NCBI GenBank assembly: GCA_963783055.1
Contig: CAWAMB010000004.1
Location: 592,988 to 656,987 of the forward strand
Reading direction: 5' to 3'
Length of the DNA stretch: 64,000 nucleotides
DNA from: an uncultured Chloroflexia bacterium
Lineage (GTDB): Bacteria > Chloroflexota > Limnocylindria > Limnocylindrales > CSP1-4
Positions 62,097-64,000 of this stretch are shown one piece after another; position 1 is the first letter of the stretch; the number at the start of each line of letters is the position of its first letter. The notes under the pieces were generated by a model that was given only the letters and a program-made list of their open reading frames with translations, was not told the origin of the DNA and searched no databases. The translations under genes were made by a program, and so were the position numbers.

Positions 62097-62873
62097 TCAC
62101 TTGGCGCCCCGGACGCCGCCGTCGACGAACAGCCCCGACCCGAGGACGAACCGCGATTCATCCGAGGCCAGGAAGAGCGCGGCCGCGGCGACGTCCTCGG
62201 GCCGCCCGAGATCCCCGGTCAGCTGGCGCCTCTTGAGCGCCTCGAGCCCAGCCACCGGATCGTCGTAGCTCGTCGGCGAGATAGCGATCGACGAACGGGG
62301 TGTGGATCGTCCCGGGCAGGAGCGCATTCACCCGGATCCCGTGGCCGGCGTAGTCGGCCTGCATCTGGCGGGTCAGCGCGAGCACCGCACCCTTGGACGC
62401 CGCATACGAGGCGCGGTTGGCGAGCCCGATCTCGGCGATGGTCGAGGACATGTTGATGATCGAGCCGCGACCGGCCGCGATCATCGACGGCAGGACGGCG
62501 CGAGCGACCAGGAACACGCCTCGCACGTTGACGGCCATCACCCGATCCCACAGCTCGACCGACGTCTCGTGCAGGACGCCGATGCCCGGCGATGCCGGCG
62601 TTGTTGAACAGGACGTCGATCCGGCCCGAACCGCTCCACGACCGCGCCCGCGAGCGCCTCGGTGTCGGCCGGGTCGGTGACGTCCACGCGGAAGGCGGCG
62701 GCGACCCCACCGTCCACGGCGATCAGGCGGACGGTCTCCTTCGCCGCATCGGCGTCGATGTCGGCGACCGCGACACGCGATCCCTCCGCTGCGAAGAGAA
62801 GCGCCGAGGCGCGGCCGATCCCGGACCCGCCGCCCGTGATGAGGCTGACCTTGTCCGCGAGCCGACCGCTCAT
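62097..62873 (-). pseudogene. SDR-family dehydrogenase, frameshifted
   Basis: The N-terminus ([22 protein letters not shown]), middle (IDVLFNNAGIAG) and C-terminus (PEDVAAAALFLASDESRFVLGSGLFVDGG) are each in a different frame. Confidence 0.65.
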
Positions 62874-64000
62874 CGGGCGGACCTCGTGCCGATCGCGGCA
62901 GTCCACGCCGCGCCGTCGGGAACGCGAACCGCTCGAGCGATTCCGGCCGCATCGTGATGCTGTAGCCCGGCGCCGTCGGCGGCATGTACCGGCCGTCGCT
63001 GACGATCACCGGGGTCGACGAAGTGCTCGTGCAGGTGGTCGACGTACTCGACCACGCGGTCCTCCAGCGACCCGCTGACCGCGACGTAGTCGAAGATCGC
63101 GAGGTGCTGGACGTACTCGCACAGCCCGACGCCGCCGGCGTGCGGGCAGACCGGCACGCCGAACTTGGCCGCCATCAGCAGCACGGCGAGGACCTCGTTC
63201 ACGCCGCCGAGGCGGCAGCTGTCGATCTGGCAGAAGCCGATCGCGCCGGCCTGCAGGAACTGCTTGAACATCACGCGGTTGTGGCAGTGCTCGCCCGTCG
63301 CCACGCGGATCCGGGGCGCGAGCGCACGGGCGATCGCGCGCGTGGCCGAGGACGTCGTCGGGGCTGGTCGGCTCCTCGATCCACAGGGGTCGAACCGGTG
63401 CCAGTGCTCGCATCCACTCGATCGCCTGGTCGACGTCCCAGACCTGGTTGGCGTCGATCATCAGGATGTCGATCGTCCGCCGATCTCCTCGCGGATGATG
63501 CCGGCGCGGCGGATGTCGTCTTCGAGATCGCGACCGACCTTGATCTTGAAGTGGCGCCAGCCGGCGGCGAGGCCTTCGCGGCACAGCCGCCGGAGCTTGT
63601 CGTCGGGGTAGCCGAGCCAGCCGGCCGAGGTCGTGTACGCCGGGATAGCCGTCGACGCGCATCTCGGCCTCGCGCGCCGCCCGTCCGGGCATCTTCTGCG
63701 CGCAGGATGTCGAGCGCCTCGTCGGGCGTGAGCGCGTCGGTGATGTAGCGGAAGTCGATGCAGCGGACGAGTTCCTCCGGGCGTCATGTCCGCGAGCAGC
63801 TTCCAGAGCGGCTTGCCCTCGACCTTGGCCCACAGGTCCCAGACGGCGTTGACGATGGCCGCGGTCGCCAGATGGATGACGCCCTTTTCCGGCCCGACCC
63901 AGCGCAGCTGGCTGTCGCCGACAAGCTCGCGCCAGAACGCGGCCATGGTCGTCGGTGATCGACTCCAGCGTGCGGCCGACGACCAGCGGGCGCGAGGGCT
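62870..64000 (-). pseudogene. enolase-superfamily dehydratase (L-fuconate dehydratase / mandelate racemase-like), frameshifted, 5' end beyond window
   Basis: C-terminal block [10 protein letters not shown]...[12 protein letters not shown]...[21 protein letters not shown] (62870-63304) and N-terminal block [50 protein letters not shown]...[29 protein letters not shown] (63461-63946) lie in different frames, with garbled sequence between. Confidence 0.6.

Overview
This is a 64 kb window of very high-GC DNA, roughly 70-73% GC, that looks actinobacterial or Thermoleophilia-like. It is gene-dense and about 90% coding, and I found no transposase, integrase or CRISPR. About 60 protein genes and one tRNA-Gly(CCC) are supported. 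The main content is:

- **Pyrimidine locus**: pyrR-pyrB-pyrC, then a 7.6 kb insert carrying an ECF sigma/anti-sigma module, then pyrK-pyrD-(AlkZ-like)-pyrE. The leader holds two PyrR-binding loops over the RBS and sits just downstream of a triple 17-bp palindrome array.
- **Two non-pyrrolysine MttB-family methyltransferase paralogs**.
- **Tryptophan 2,3-dioxygenase operon** (kynA) with a small Cys/His protein.
- **Two ECF sigma/anti-sigma pairs**, one sharing an unknown extracytoplasmic domain with its downstream gene.
- **PspA next to a large TPM-domain, coiled-coil, Gly-rich membrane protein**, flanked by lipoprotein, WD40 and PD40 genes.
- **A fused CtaA-CtaB** (heme A synthase + heme O synthase) gene divergent from a thioredoxin-fold lipoprotein.
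- **PotABCD-like ABC transporter** convergent with a Rieske oxygenase.
- **Two AlkZ/YcaQ-like winged-helix paralogs**.
- **A four-gene L-fuconate-type sugar-acid cluster** at 59.9-64 kb that is riddled with frameshifts.

Several otherwise conserved genes (lipB, pyrC, an MBL/beta-CASP hydrolase, the Rieske C-terminus) carry single 1-bp frameshifts. This is either indel sequencing error or real decay, and it limits confidence in reading frames. 4-nt start/stop overlaps (GTGA/ATGA) are pervasive. Many long Arg/Gly/Pro-rich ORFs in the six-frame table are off-frame or antisense artefacts of the GC content and were rejected. Coordinates were anchored to the ORF-table arithmetic; positions read directly from the sequence lines may be off by 1-2 nt.
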